64,000 nt of DNA from an uncultured Bdellovibrio sp. (GCA_963932905.1 CAWVRN010000003.1:192001-256000); one strand, 5' to 3'; counted from the stretch's first letter, positions 49,299 to 59,320 are shown. The notes: generated by a model from the letters alone, not told the origin. A program made the numbers and translations.

Positions 49299-50169
49299 TA
49301 ATGTTGAGTTGGTTGCAGAACCAAAAATCGAATCAAGATTCGGATTCGGGCAAAAAACGAGCTATGCTAAAAGCAGAACGGCGAAAATCGGCGCCGCAGT
49401 TAGCTTGGTTTCAATAATTTCCGTTTTCTTATTTGATAGTCCCACACCCGTAGCTATCAAAGAAGAAGGAATCCTAATACCCGACTCTAGTCAAATTACA
49501 TCTAGCTATAATACTCTTGATATAGAAACCTACTCCCCCGTAAAGGAGTCGATCAATCAAGACAAAAATAAAAAAATTGCAAGTACGACCAAAGCGAGAA
49601 ATTTCCCCGGCTTGCAAAGAATTGAACGCAAAAGGATTGGCAGTGTCCCGCCTGGTACAATAATTAGAGCGAGGCTAATTACTGGTGCATCAAATGGTTT
49701 AGTTCGAGCTGAAACTCTCGAAGCCATAAGAATTCTAGGAGAAACCTATCTTCCTTCAAATACCACATTGCTTGGAGTCGGCCAGTCTGGCGAAGAACGA
49801 TTGACAGTGAAATTCACTAAAGCCGTTTTTAGGGATGGAAACGTTCAGTCAATCGAGGCACAGGCCGCTGACATGGAAGATCAAACTGTCGGACTCACTG
49901 GTTCAAAAGTCGGAAAGTACGCGACAAAATATGCTTCGGCTGTCGGATTAAATTTTGTTGGCGGAATGGCTGAAGGCCTTCAAGACCGAGAAATCGTTGG
50001 ACAACAAGTCCTTACAAAACCAAATGCGAAAAATGCCTTGCTCAATGGAGCAAGCAAAGCGGCACTTGAAATGGCAAACGAAACTATGTCGGATTTGAAA
50101 AATTCAAATCCCGCAATTCAAGTTCCCGCCGGGCAAGAAATTTTAGTGCTGTTTGAAGACAAAAACTAA
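49288..50169 (+). CDS. VirB10/TrbI-like protein
   Basis: One TM; VPPGTII.A.L, GLTG, IQVPAGQEILVLF. Confidence 0.8.
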   Translation: MENNNVELVAEPKIESRFGFGQKTSYAKSRTAKIGAAVSLVSIISVFLFDSPTPVAIKEEGILIPDSSQITSSYNTLDIETYSPVKESINQDKNKKIASTTKARNFPGLQRIERKRIGSVPPGTIIRARLITGASNGLVRAETLEAIRILGETYLPSNTTLLGVGQSGEERLTVKFTKAVFRDGNVQSIEAQAADMEDQTVGLTGSKVGKYATKYASAVGLNFVGGMAEGLQDREIVGQQVLTKPNAKNALLNGASKAALEMANETMSDLKNSNPAIQVPAGQEILVLFEDKN

Positions 50170-50224
50170 ACTCTCATTAAAAAAAGATTCTTAATAAGTC
50201 ACTACCTTAAAAAAAGCGGTAAAT

Positions 50225-51694
50225 ATGCAAAATTCAAATGGATTCGATAAGGCGCCAATAATTATTGAAACCATATTTAAATTTATTTCGACTCCTTCAA
50301 AAGAGATGTTCTACGGAATTAAATCTAGAACAATTCCATGGACCTTTTGCTCAGCTTGGGCCGGAATATTTGGTCTCATACTTTTTTTTAAAATTGATCA
50401 CTACTTTTTTCAATATATGCCATTTAGAAAACTGTACCCCTATCATCCAATTCTCTATAAAATATATTGTTTTTCACTGGTGACATTCTCATTTTGGCTC
50501 TGGTCTTTAAATCAAGCTCGGCTGAAAAAACAAAAACTTTCTACGCTGACGGCCGCATTCAAAAGCGCAGGACTAGTTTCAAAAATCGGACGTCTGCCAA
50601 ACTTAGTTTCAGATTACCCCATCGATGGAACAACCAGAAAGATGCGCCTAACAAACGCAGGATTTCCCGTCGCAAGTTTTAAAGATCAGTCTCGGTTTGT
50701 CGAAAGCGAACTGGGAATTTTTATCGATGAAGTAAGAGAAGATCGCGAAACTCGAACTGTAGATTACATCTATTCGCATTTTCCTATCCCTTCGGAAATT
50801 ATCTACACTCCCGATTTGGCGTCAAAGACTTACGAATTTCCAGTTGGTCAAACACGTGCAAATACCATTACTGCCAATTTGAAATCCTGTCCTCATCTTT
50901 TGGTTGCGGGACAAACTGGAGGAGGAAAATCGACTTTCTTAAGACAGGTAATTGTTCATTTAGCTATTCAAAATAAAAACACTCATTTTCTGCTGATTGA
51001 TTTGAAAGGCGGCCTGGAATTCTCGCTCTTTGAAAATCGAAAACAGTTTGAGGTTGTTCCCAGTGTTAAGGTGGCGATCGCGCACCTACACAAGATCGAA
51101 GCCAAAATTAATCAGAGACTTGAATTCTTAAAAGTTCAGGACTGTAAAGATGTCGATGCTTACTATTCTAAAGCTAACAAACCCAAAGAATCTATCGACC
51201 TCAATAGATTCGTGGTTGTGATTGACGAAGCAGCAGAAATGTTTTTGGCTGGGCACCACGCAAAGGCAAATGAAATTCAGCAAGCTCGAGCCGTTTTGAG
51301 TAAAATTGCACGACAAGGTCGAGCCCTGGGAATTCACCTAATCGTTGCGACCCAAAGACCCGATGTCAAATCCCTTGACCCTCAGGTGAAAGCAAATCTC
51401 GTTGGCGTAATATGTTTTCAGATGATGAACGACGCTTCCAGTATTGCGGTGCTAGGAAATGGTAGAGCTACCGACCTTCCTAAAGTACCGGGCCGCGCAA
51501 TTTGGAAAAACGGCGCGGACATGATTGAAGTACAAACGCCGTATCTGGCACCCGAGCTTTTAGATAGCTTAATTGGAAAACCTGACAACACTTCGAAATC
51601 AAAAGAGGCAGCTAACGAGGTTTCAAAATACTCAAATGAAGAGGTAACTGCCGAAATCGAACCGCTACACGATAGCTCAAACCCGAAGGGATAG
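50225..51694 (+). CDS. FtsK/SpoIIIE-family ATPase (probable TcpA-type coupling protein)
   Basis: Two TMs; PHLLVAGQTGGGKS, IDLKGG, VIDE, GRALGIHLIVATQRP. Confidence 0.9.
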   Translation: MQNSNGFDKAPIIIETIFKFISTPSKEMFYGIKSRTIPWTFCSAWAGIFGLILFFKIDHYFFQYMPFRKLYPYHPILYKIYCFSLVTFSFWLWSLNQARLKKQKLSTLTAAFKSAGLVSKIGRLPNLVSDYPIDGTTRKMRLTNAGFPVASFKDQSRFVESELGIFIDEVREDRETRTVDYIYSHFPIPSEIIYTPDLASKTYEFPVGQTRANTITANLKSCPHLLVAGQTGGGKSTFLRQVIVHLAIQNKNTHFLLIDLKGGLEFSLFENRKQFEVVPSVKVAIAHLHKIEAKINQRLEFLKVQDCKDVDAYYSKANKPKESIDLNRFVVVIDEAAEMFLAGHHAKANEIQQARAVLSKIARQGRALGIHLIVATQRPDVKSLDPQVKANLVGVICFQMMNDASSIAVLGNGRATDLPKVPGRAIWKNGADMIEVQTPYLAPELLDSLIGKPDNTSKSKEAANEVSKYSNEEVTAEIEPLHDSSNPKG

Positions 51695-51696
51695 GC

Positions 51697-52566
51697 ATGA
51701 AAGAAAACATACTTATAACCGAACGAGATTTTTTGATTCTGAAATATTTATGGAAATGGAAACTACTTTCCACCAAAGCAATTTCTATTAAATTTTTTCC
51801 GAATTCAAATGATGATACTGCTTACAAGCGAATGATGCTTTTAACGAAAGCTGGTTACCTGAAGCCCCGTTATGTGAATGACGAAAGTCCTCGGGGACAA
51901 ATTCGTCAACAAGTATGGGGCTTGAATCGCAAAGGATTTCATCGTATTCTTCAATATCTAGGCGAATTAAAAATCAAGGGATACTTCTCTTCTAATTCCA
52001 CTCATGATTACTTGGCAACATCTCTTCATCTTGGCGAATGGCTACTAAGACAGCCGCCAGATAGTCAAACATGGAGCGAGCAAGAGTTAAATTCGATTCC
52101 AACAGAACTGTGGCCGAACTGGGTTCCCAAATCAGACCTTCACCGCCCCGACGGTTTTACTGCATTCAACTATAAGAATCGTCGACACGTACTTGCTTTT
52201 GAAGTCGAACTACATGTCAAATCTTCAGCGAGGTACGAGGCAATTGCCGCCTATTACGATAGCTGTGAGGAAATCAATCACGTTATCTGGCTGGTGAAAT
52301 CAATTGGAAATTACAAGTCCATCAAAAAACATCTTAACAAGCACGGACTTAGAAATACGGATAAGCACCGATTTCTCAGTCTTAAAGAGTTTGAAAAACA
52401 CGGTTGGAATTCTAATTTCATAGATTGTGCAAACGTCACTTTGAAACTTCAAGACCTAATAATAACTCTACCTCCGACAACGCCCCGACAAAGCCCTCCC
52501 GGCCTTCTGACTCTAGACATGTTAAACGCCCGGAAAAGACCAAAAATTACAAGAACTTGCAAATAA
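51697..52566 (+). CDS. Replication-relaxation-like protein (wHTH plus PD-(D/E)xK), putative relaxase
   Basis: TERDFLIL.YL wHTH, HD, RPDG..AFEVELHVKS..RY. Confidence 0.7.
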   Translation: MKENILITERDFLILKYLWKWKLLSTKAISIKFFPNSNDDTAYKRMMLLTKAGYLKPRYVNDESPRGQIRQQVWGLNRKGFHRILQYLGELKIKGYFSSNSTHDYLATSLHLGEWLLRQPPDSQTWSEQELNSIPTELWPNWVPKSDLHRPDGFTAFNYKNRRHVLAFEVELHVKSSARYEAIAAYYDSCEEINHVIWLVKSIGNYKSIKKHLNKHGLRNTDKHRFLSLKEFEKHGWNSNFIDCANVTLKLQDLIITLPPTTPRQSPPGLLTLDMLNARKRPKITRTCK

Positions 52567-52728
52567 TCAAAATTTCCAAATTGTCCTGCCCTATATAACT
52601 CATCCTTTCGTCTTCGTACTCAATCAAATCAATCCTCATCAAATCTCTCGATACTATTTCCAAAATCACTTCACCCTAATCAAAAAAGAAGAATTGGAGA
52701 CACTAAACTAAAAAAGAAAGGAATTTGA

Positions 52729-53127
52729 ATGTTAGAAAAAAAAGAAATTGCGGCTCTCATGATACTACCTCTGATACTGAACGCATGCTCAACAGCTCCT
52801 AAATCAATGTTAACCGGGGCAATTGCCGGAGGCGTCGTCGGAGCTGGGGTTGGTCAGGCTCACTCTCAAAATTCCGGAGGAACCGCAGTCGGAGCAGTTG
52901 TCGGTATGGGCCTGGGTTCACTGATTGGATACCTCTCACACAAAGATAAAATAAAAACCCAAGAGCCTAAAGTTCTTGGTGATAAACCAATTGAAGAGTG
53001 GTCCCCCTCGATAACAAAACCAAAGATCCGATCTTACATGGTTCCAGACACAATTGATGGGAACAAGTACATTAAAGGCCATCGAGTGTTCGTTCTCGAA
53101 AGCCCTGGCGAATGGTCTAAGGACTAA
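52729..53127 (+). CDS. Glycine-zipper lipoprotein (VirB7/TraV-like candidate)
   Basis: Lipobox LNAC; GxxxG zipper; C-terminal H.V..L..PG.W. Confidence 0.65.
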   Translation: MLEKKEIAALMILPLILNACSTAPKSMLTGAIAGGVVGAGVGQAHSQNSGGTAVGAVVGMGLGSLIGYLSHKDKIKTQEPKVLGDKPIEEWSPSITKPKIRSYMVPDTIDGNKYIKGHRVFVLESPGEWSKD

Positions 53128-53170
53128 AATTTCAAATCAAGAGCCACCGAAATTACATCAAGGATAACTT

Positions 53171-54469
53171 GTGAACTTTACCATTCTCAACGGCGATTCT
53201 CGTGAAGTGCTGAGATCACTACCACCTATTTCTGTAGATTCTCTTTTAACGGACCCTCCTGCAGGCATCGGTCTTAGAGGTCTATCATGGGATTCTAGTA
53301 ACGGCGGAAGACAACAATGGATTTCATCGATGACTGAAATTTTCGCCGAATGTTTCCGGGTTTTAAAACCGGGAGCACATGGCTTCATCTGGGCAATACC
53401 TCGTACATCGCATTGGACAGCCACTGCTCTCGAGGATTCTGGTTTCCAGGTTCGAGATGTCGTTACCCATATATTCGGCAGTGGCTTTCCAAAAAGCATT
53501 GCCATCGATAAATCCATTCAAAGATCAAAATATTTAGACACCGAGGATCTCTATAAAGCGACAGATTGGATTCGTAAAAGAAGAGACCAACTAAAATTAA
53601 CGAATCGTACAATGGATGAAGTCGCTGGCGTTACAGGTGGGGCATGTCATTGGACCGCACTTCCTCCAAATGGAAATCCTCACGTGCCGACTTACGAAAG
53701 GTGGATCAAACTTCGTCCCCTGCTCGGTCCCGCACCAGAGTGGCTAGAAGAAATGATAAAACCCAGTTGGGTCGAACCAGAAAATTGGAACCTCGGAAAA
53801 TTAACAACCCGAAATAACTCCGTCTCAGAAAAATGGAAAGGCTGGGGAACTTCGCTGAAACCAGCGAGTGAGCATTGGATTTTAGTTCAAAAACCAATAT
53901 CCGAACACAACATAGCCGCGAATGTTCTCAGGTATGGAGTTGGTGGTATTAACATTGACGACGCTAGAACACCAGTAAACGGCAAAATTCCATCTACCTC
54001 AAATTTGAATTTTAAGAATGGCGGTTTAATTTGGGAGACCTCTGAACGTAGCAAAACTTCCGTCTATCACCAACACCCAAAGGGCCGATTTCCTTCCAAC
54101 CTTCTCATTACGAAATCGAACGAAGGTATTTGTCCGACGAAGCTCATTGACGACCAAGGAGAACGTGAAGTCGAAGTTTCCAATTACTTTAAGCTTTTTT
54201 CTCCCGAGGTTCCTTTCTTCTATTCAAAGAAGGCTAATCAAACTGAAAAGGAGATCTTCAACACGCACCCGACAGTGAAACCAATTAGACTAATGCGCTA
54301 TCTCGCTAAAATAATTACGCCACCAAACGGGACGATTTTAGATCCCTTTATGGGATCTGGAACAACTGGTATGGCCGCCATAAAAGACAACTTTAAATTT
54401 ATAGGTATCGAAAAAGACGAATCGTACTTTCAAATCGCAAAGCAGAGACTAGAAGGAGAGAGTAAATGA
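53171..54469 (+). CDS. Solitary N4/N6 DNA methyltransferase (beta-class motif order)
   Basis: TDPPAG, RVLKPG, HPTVKP, LDPFMGSGTT. Confidence 0.88.
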   Translation: MNFTILNGDSREVLRSLPPISVDSLLTDPPAGIGLRGLSWDSSNGGRQQWISSMTEIFAECFRVLKPGAHGFIWAIPRTSHWTATALEDSGFQVRDVVTHIFGSGFPKSIAIDKSIQRSKYLDTEDLYKATDWIRKRRDQLKLTNRTMDEVAGVTGGACHWTALPPNGNPHVPTYERWIKLRPLLGPAPEWLEEMIKPSWVEPENWNLGKLTTRNNSVSEKWKGWGTSLKPASEHWILVQKPISEHNIAANVLRYGVGGINIDDARTPVNGKIPSTSNLNFKNGGLIWETSERSKTSVYHQHPKGRFPSNLLITKSNEGICPTKLIDDQGEREVEVSNYFKLFSPEVPFFYSKKANQTEKEIFNTHPTVKPIRLMRYLAKIITPPNGTILDPFMGSGTTGMAAIKDNFKFIGIEKDESYFQIAKQRLEGESK

Positions 54470-54822
54470 GTGACGCAAATGAGCCCATTGAAAAGGAAAA
54501 AAATAGCAGATGCCACATATCACTCTCTGAAATTTCAGTAAGAAAGATCGATGGATGGTATGACCAAATCAACTCCAAAAAGCGAATAAAAATTCCCAGA
54601 AAAGATTTCGTAAATTGGATCATAGAGGGAAAACCAGACAATTTACCTAATAGCGAAATCAACGCAATCATCGAACATTTCTACGACGAAGAGAAATTCC
54701 TTAAACAGCTTTTAGTAGATATTAGAAAGGCCAAGTCTACTGGAATTTCTGAAAATTTAGAAGTAATTGTGCGCCCCAAAAAGTCCGAAATCAGGAAAGA
54801 AAACAGCGATTCAACGGCATAA
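54466..54822 (+). CDS. Small hypothetical protein upstream of the integrase (possible DNA-binding/excision factor)
   Basis: ATGA overlap; GGAG RBS; charged and helical. Confidence 0.55.
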   Translation: MSDANEPIEKEKNSRCHISLSEISVRKIDGWYDQINSKKRIKIPRKDFVNWIIEGKPDNLPNSEINAIIEHFYDEEKFLKQLLVDIRKAKSTGISENLEVIVRPKKSEIRKENSDSTA

Positions 54823-54919
54823 ATCCGCATGTGCATTTGCACGTATGATTTCATCGAAAAAGCTCGACTTACTTTCAAGTGGAGCTATTTGTACAGATAA
54901 CTTAACAGTGAGTTTCAGA

Positions 54920-56206
54920 ATGGAATCGAAAAATAAAACCGGTATTAAGGGCTTAACAGAAAGATGGAGATCCCATCAATTTCATGACTCTTATCAAGTG
55001 GGAAACTCGTCCGTAAAACCTACCAAGTGGATTTCCCCCAAAGACCATTTGACTGCAAATCAAATTGACAAGTACTTGAAAAACAAAAAATTGAGAAAAG
55101 AATCCGCGCTAGAAGACCAAGAATTTTTGACTTTAAGAAGCAGAATTTTATCAGAATTGACTTCAGAGTTCGGATTTAAGATATATAAAATTCAAGAAAA
55201 ACTAAATTTAGAAACTAAGAAGTATAATTTTGAAGAATCCGTCGACCTGTTTGTGAACTTCAAATCTGACACCAGTGTTCCAATGAAACACAAATCAATC
55301 CTCCAAAACGTCTGGCTGCCTTTCTATTTAGAAAAAGGCTGCGAGCATCCTAGGGAGTTTCGGCTTTGGAAAAAGCATGCTCAAATACACCTAAAGACTG
55401 TCAAAAAATTGAATTCAAACGAAAAATACTCAGTGAACAGTCTTAGTACCCTCACAAATACTCACAATGAGTATATGACGTTTTTGTTGGACAATGATGA
55501 CATCACTGAAGCGGAACATTTCAAGATTTTTGGACGAATAACTACAGAGATGAAAAAACGAGGACTCTCGTCAGTATCAAGAAAAAAAGATACTTATACT
55601 GAAGAAGACTTACTTTCGATTAAATTAAAAATAGACAAAAGATACTCCGGAGACCTCCGTATGAAAGCGCGAGCTTACGCTATCTATTTTGGCGTATGCA
55701 CCGGCCTTAGGAGAGGCAACCTGCTAGGTTTACGTATTAAGAATCTCCGTCCTAACGGTGACGTTCCTCATTTTGAAACGTGTGACAACATCGTACCAGG
55801 ATGGAGTCGCGGCATAAAAGGAACTGTCATTTTAGAAAATAGCACAAAGACATTTGTGGGCACGATAAAATTGCCCTTCGTTCAACCCTCTAGAGAAATA
55901 CTTTGTGAAGTAACCAAATTCCTAATCGAATACTGCAAACCTAACGATAGACTTCTAAATTGTAGTCCTCGAACTGTTGCAGACTGGTGGTCAGAAATTG
56001 CAAAAGATTGCGGGTTTAAATATTTAACTCCCCATGACTGGAAACATTCTTATGCAACAATAGGCGCATTACATTTGAAAGATTGGTATGATCGAAATCC
56101 GTACCTTTTGCAGATGTGCTGCTTACACCAGAAATATGAAACCACTCTTCAATATATAAATCAGAAGTCAGATCCATTCCTGGCTTCATTTAAACGAGCC
56201 GATTAG
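54920..56206 (+). CDS. int: Tyrosine recombinase/integrase
   Basis: TGLRRGNLLGL (Arg), TKT (Lys), HDWKHSYAT, LH..ETTLQY (Tyr); next to the target tRNA; start uncertain (frame opens at 54767). Confidence 0.88.
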   Translation: MESKNKTGIKGLTERWRSHQFHDSYQVGNSSVKPTKWISPKDHLTANQIDKYLKNKKLRKESALEDQEFLTLRSRILSELTSEFGFKIYKIQEKLNLETKKYNFEESVDLFVNFKSDTSVPMKHKSILQNVWLPFYLEKGCEHPREFRLWKKHAQIHLKTVKKLNSNEKYSVNSLSTLTNTHNEYMTFLLDNDDITEAEHFKIFGRITTEMKKRGLSSVSRKKDTYTEEDLLSIKLKIDKRYSGDLRMKARAYAIYFGVCTGLRRGNLLGLRIKNLRPNGDVPHFETCDNIVPGWSRGIKGTVILENSTKTFVGTIKLPFVQPSREILCEVTKFLIEYCKPNDRLLNCSPRTVADWWSEIAKDCGFKYLTPHDWKHSYATIGALHLKDWYDRNPYLLQMCCLHQKYETTLQYINQKSDPFLASFKRAD

Positions 56207-56223
56207 TAAACCAATAAATTAAG

Positions 56224-56257
56224 AAAAGCCCAGACTAAACATCTGGGCTTTTTTTTT
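56224..56257. terminator. Bidirectional intrinsic terminator between the integrase and the tRNA
   Basis: aaaagcccaga-ctaaaca-tctgggcttttttttt. Confidence 0.85.
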
Positions 56258-56449
56258 GTTTTTTCCGAAATTCAAACTGAATTAAGTAGCTTGTATGGGG
56301 ATATAGAGTTTTTCAAAGCGACGAACTTTAAATACTCAGACCGAATTAAATTACAAATGGTGAGTTTACCAGTATACCAAAATAGACAAAAAGTTTACCA
56401 AAACGACTTTTGTGTTTTCATCTAAATTATTGATTTTATTTATGAAAAT

Positions 56450-56510
56450 TGGTGCGAATAACTGGACTTGAACCAGTGACCTCTTCCATGTCAAGGAAGC
56501 GCGCTACCAA
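56450..56510 (-). repeat. Integrase-proximal att site
   Basis: Identical to 1999-2059. Confidence 0.95.
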
Positions 56511-56525
56511 CTACGCTATATCCGC
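56450..56525 (-). tRNA. tRNA-Val(GAC), ICE target
   Basis: GCGGATA/TATTCGC acceptor stem, CTTCC-TTGACAT-GGAAG anticodon arm, GGTTCAAGTCC, CCA; 76 nt. Confidence 0.96.
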
Positions 56526-57305
56526 CCGTTTTGAATTGGCTTTAATTGTTACTGGTTCTTTAGCTGATTGTAAACTGCAAACCTCATTATTAGCTCTTTG
56601 CACTAAATCTAGTTCGCGCCCGAATTCGATCATCCATTTTTCAAACACTGATTTTAAATCCATCGGTAATAACGTTTCATAGTTGCCGACTCGATCAATT
56701 GCTGCCGATGTCACCCCACAGCTGCGAATCGCCGTGAACTGAGCCACATCGTTCATCACATTCAGCGATAATCCGTGGCGAACAACCCCCCGATCCAATC
56801 TAATCCCGATAAATGCTATTTTTCCATGCACCGTGTACAGTCCCGGTGCCTCGTCAGACGAAAAGGCCTTAATTCCATAGTTTTTCAAAGTTGATGACGT
56901 CGCCTTGCTCATCACACACACGAAATCTCGCACACCAATACCGTAGGCTTTAAGATCGATCATTGGGTACACCACCAGCTGACCCGGCATATGCATCGTC
57001 GCCTGACCGCCCCTATCTGTTTTCACCACCGGGATTTTGGATTCGGCCGCCAAAACTAAATCATCTTCGGCACGGCCTCGAACACCCAAGGTAATCACCG
57101 GGTGAAATTCCATGGCCAGCACGTGAACCTGTTTGGTCCCGCGTACTGAATTGGACAATTCTAACTGTTGAGCCAGAACTTGATCATAAACCTGTAAACC
57201 CAGGTATTCTGAATGAATTAAATTTAAATCAGTATAACTCAACTCGGTCGTTCTCCCTAAATCCACCACCTGAATGAGTGACGGCGATGGCCCCATCTTG
57301 GCCAA
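56511..57305 (-). CDS. lipB: Lipoyl(octanoyl) transferase
   Basis: HPVITLG, DRGGQATMHMPGQLVVYP, KIAFIG, HGLSLN, CG; true start probably nearer 57230. Confidence 0.9.
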   Translation of the reverse strand: MAKMGPSPSLIQVVDLGRTTELSYTDLNLIHSEYLGLQVYDQVLAQQLELSNSVRGTKQVHVLAMEFHPVITLGVRGRAEDDLVLAAESKIPVVKTDRGGQATMHMPGQLVVYPMIDLKAYGIGVRDFVCVMSKATSSTLKNYGIKAFSSDEAPGLYTVHGKIAFIGIRLDRGVVRHGLSLNVMNDVAQFTAIRSCGVTSAAIDRVGNYETLLPMDLKSVFEKWMIEFGRELDLVQRANNEVCSLQSAKEPVTIKANSKRADIA

Positions 57306-58164
57306 AGAAACTGACGACTTCCAATGTCCCTTTTAATCGTCCCGGGCTTTTTCCGATAAAGCCTCCGGTCTCTGTATCAAAAATCTCTTCACCATCTTCG
57401 GTGACTCTTAATAAATCGCCTACATTTAGGCCCGATACTTTGCCTACGTTTAGAAACACGCGCTCACCTTGCAGTGAAGCAATTCGTCCTTCCCACACTA
57501 ACGTTTCTAATGATTTTGTGATTTGCGGAACAAATTCAAATAATGTGTCTTTCACTAACGTCGGCACAATGGGATTACCGCCGCCACTGACATCACCTTT
57601 TAGCAATTCTTCAGCCGCCGTTCCATTATCCTTGTACGTTACGACCTTCATGTGATTCATTAATTCGCGACCACCCTGATTGATCACGCGAACAACCAGC
57701 GAGCATTCATATTCCGTTGTTACCGATTTCATAATGCCTTTAGCCGGTACCGATCGTTTTACTTTTAATTCCTTGATCTCGGCTTCTAAAGCACTGTGAA
57801 CCGTGTATTCCTTCAAAGACTTCGTGATATCTTTTAAATCGTAAGGTCCTTGCGGCGTTTTCTTAACGTTTTCAATTCCTAGGTCTTTACTATCAAACGC
57901 GACAATTTCCTGCGAGCGGTTCAATTCATTGATCAATGATTTTTTAATTGCGCGGTTCATATCCGACGATAAAATCGATTTAGAATCATTAAATGGTAAA
58001 ATCATCAGACGTTTTTTCATCTGACCCTGATCAATCCGCGGATTCACCGGAATGTCTTTGACCATTTTCACCGGTTGACTGGTGCGCTTTTCAATATTTT
58101 GGCAGGCGCCCACTAAAAACAACGATCCAATCAGAAATAAGATTTTACTATTGCTTAAGTTCAA
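57229..58164 (-). CDS. Lipoprotein, CsgG/FlgT-like
   Basis: Lipobox VGAC; ILPF; C-terminal LNVGKVSGLNVGD. Confidence 0.6.
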   Translation of the reverse strand: MNLSNSKILFLIGSLFLVGACQNIEKRTSQPVKMVKDIPVNPRIDQGQMKKRLMILPFNDSKSILSSDMNRAIKKSLINELNRSQEIVAFDSKDLGIENVKKTPQGPYDLKDITKSLKEYTVHSALEAEIKELKVKRSVPAKGIMKSVTTEYECSLVVRVINQGGRELMNHMKVVTYKDNGTAAEELLKGDVSGGGNPIVPTLVKDTLFEFVPQITKSLETLVWEGRIASLQGERVFLNVGKVSGLNVGDLLRVTEDGEEIFDTETGGFIGKSPGRLKGTLEVVSFFGQDGAIAVTHSGGGFRENDRVELY

Positions 58165-59320
58165 ACGAAATCTCCTCGGGCTGAGTATTTGTTAGTTCTA
58201 CTTTCGCATAGCTTAGGCTCTTCACATCCATCGCCAAAAGCTTGTCCTGTATATCTTTAATGTTACCAACAAAATCCACTTCGTAAACTATACTATTGGC
58301 CGAAATCGACTTTTCTTTTACATTTTTTATATTACCGCTTTGAGCCTTCACGCGTTCTTTTAAAAGTTCAATCTTTTGCGGCTGAGAAGCCATGATAAAC
58401 TTAACACGGATCTTTTGCGAGTTAACTAGACCTCTTTGCAGGGCATCCGTCATCAGTGATACAATTTCGCCGCCAATCGATTCCGCTTCATCTGCTACTT
58501 TTTTGCTTATTTCGCTATCTAATTTACCGGCATCTTTTGCCAGTGGCATATCATAGATGCGTTTAATGTCGGCTAGCATTTTACCATTTTCTGCTTGAAT
58601 CAAATTTAAATGAATTTCTAAACGCATTTGATCCATTTGACGATCTGACCGTTTAGCCAATACATGACCGGATAACACATACGGCGTCTGCAGCAATCGC
58701 GCTAATTTCAAGGTTTCTTCTGCGTTTAATTGCGATTTATTGTACGATGTTGGCAGAGCCGCTGACAAGCCCACTTGGGCGGCTGGCGCTAGGTAAAAAC
58801 CGCCACGTAGGAAAATTTCTCCCAGTTTTTCTTCCATCACCGAAAGGGATTTACTGTTATTGTCATCGTCCTTATTCCACCATGAAGACGTCTTTTGCTG
58901 AATCGCATTTTCATAGCGCACCAACGGCAGAATGGACTGGTTTTTATCGATCTCTTCTAACTGGCCGATTGATTTTAAAACATTTCTAAATTCAGCTAAG
59001 TTAATTTTAAACATCAACGTTTGTTTTAATATTTTATCGGTTTGTTTAGACTCTGTTATATTTGAAAACGGTATAAACCGCGCGGATTTGTTAGCAAGCG
59101 TCGCACTGAGTGTTTTCTTGTTTTTGGCAAAACGTGCTTCACCTAAAACTTCATTTCCCAGCTCTTCTACAATCTGCGCAATGGCTTTTTCTTGAATTTC
59201 TTTTTTTGCTTCGGCGGGTGATTCCTTATCACTTTCAAACGTGTAGGAACGTTCTAGCAAACTAACCTGTGCATACAAAGAAAACGAGACCACTAAGCTT
59301 AAGAAAATTTTTAAAAACAT
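58148..59320 (-). CDS. Exported hypothetical protein
   Basis: Signal peptide; in operon with dnaE. Confidence 0.7.
   Translation of the reverse strand: MFLKIFLSLVVSFSLYAQVSLLERSYTFESDKESPAEAKKEIQEKAIAQIVEELGNEVLGEARFAKNKKTLSATLANKSARFIPFSNITESKQTDKILKQTLMFKINLAEFRNVLKSIGQLEEIDKNQSILPLVRYENAIQQKTSSWWNKDDDNNSKSLSVMEEKLGEIFLRGGFYLAPAAQVGLSAALPTSYNKSQLNAEETLKLARLLQTPYVLSGHVLAKRSDRQMDQMRLEIHLNLIQAENGKMLADIKRIYDMPLAKDAGKLDSEISKKVADEAESIGGEIVSLMTDALQRGLVNSQKIRVKFIMASQPQKIELLKERVKAQSGNIKNVKEKSISANSIVYEVDFVGNIKDIQDKLLAMDVKSLSYAKVELTNTQPEEISFELKQ

Larger units (their letters stand above)
1999..56510. mobile_element. Integrative conjugative element (~54.5 kb) integrated in tRNA-Val(GAC)
   Basis: 61-bp terminal direct repeats from the tRNA; tyrosine integrase next to the intact tRNA; VirB4/VirB6/VirB10-like genes; metal-resistance cargo; housekeeping genes resume beyond 56525. 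Confidence 0.92.

Noticed and set aside
50225..51694. Chromosomal cell-division FtsK
   Set aside because: Short, with no recognisable gamma domain, and embedded in the transfer operon
1999..56510. Prophage
   Set aside because: No terminase, capsid, tail or lysis genes; T4SS genes are present instead
56449..56682. 77-aa plus-strand ORF
   Set aside because: Antisense to the tRNA and lipB
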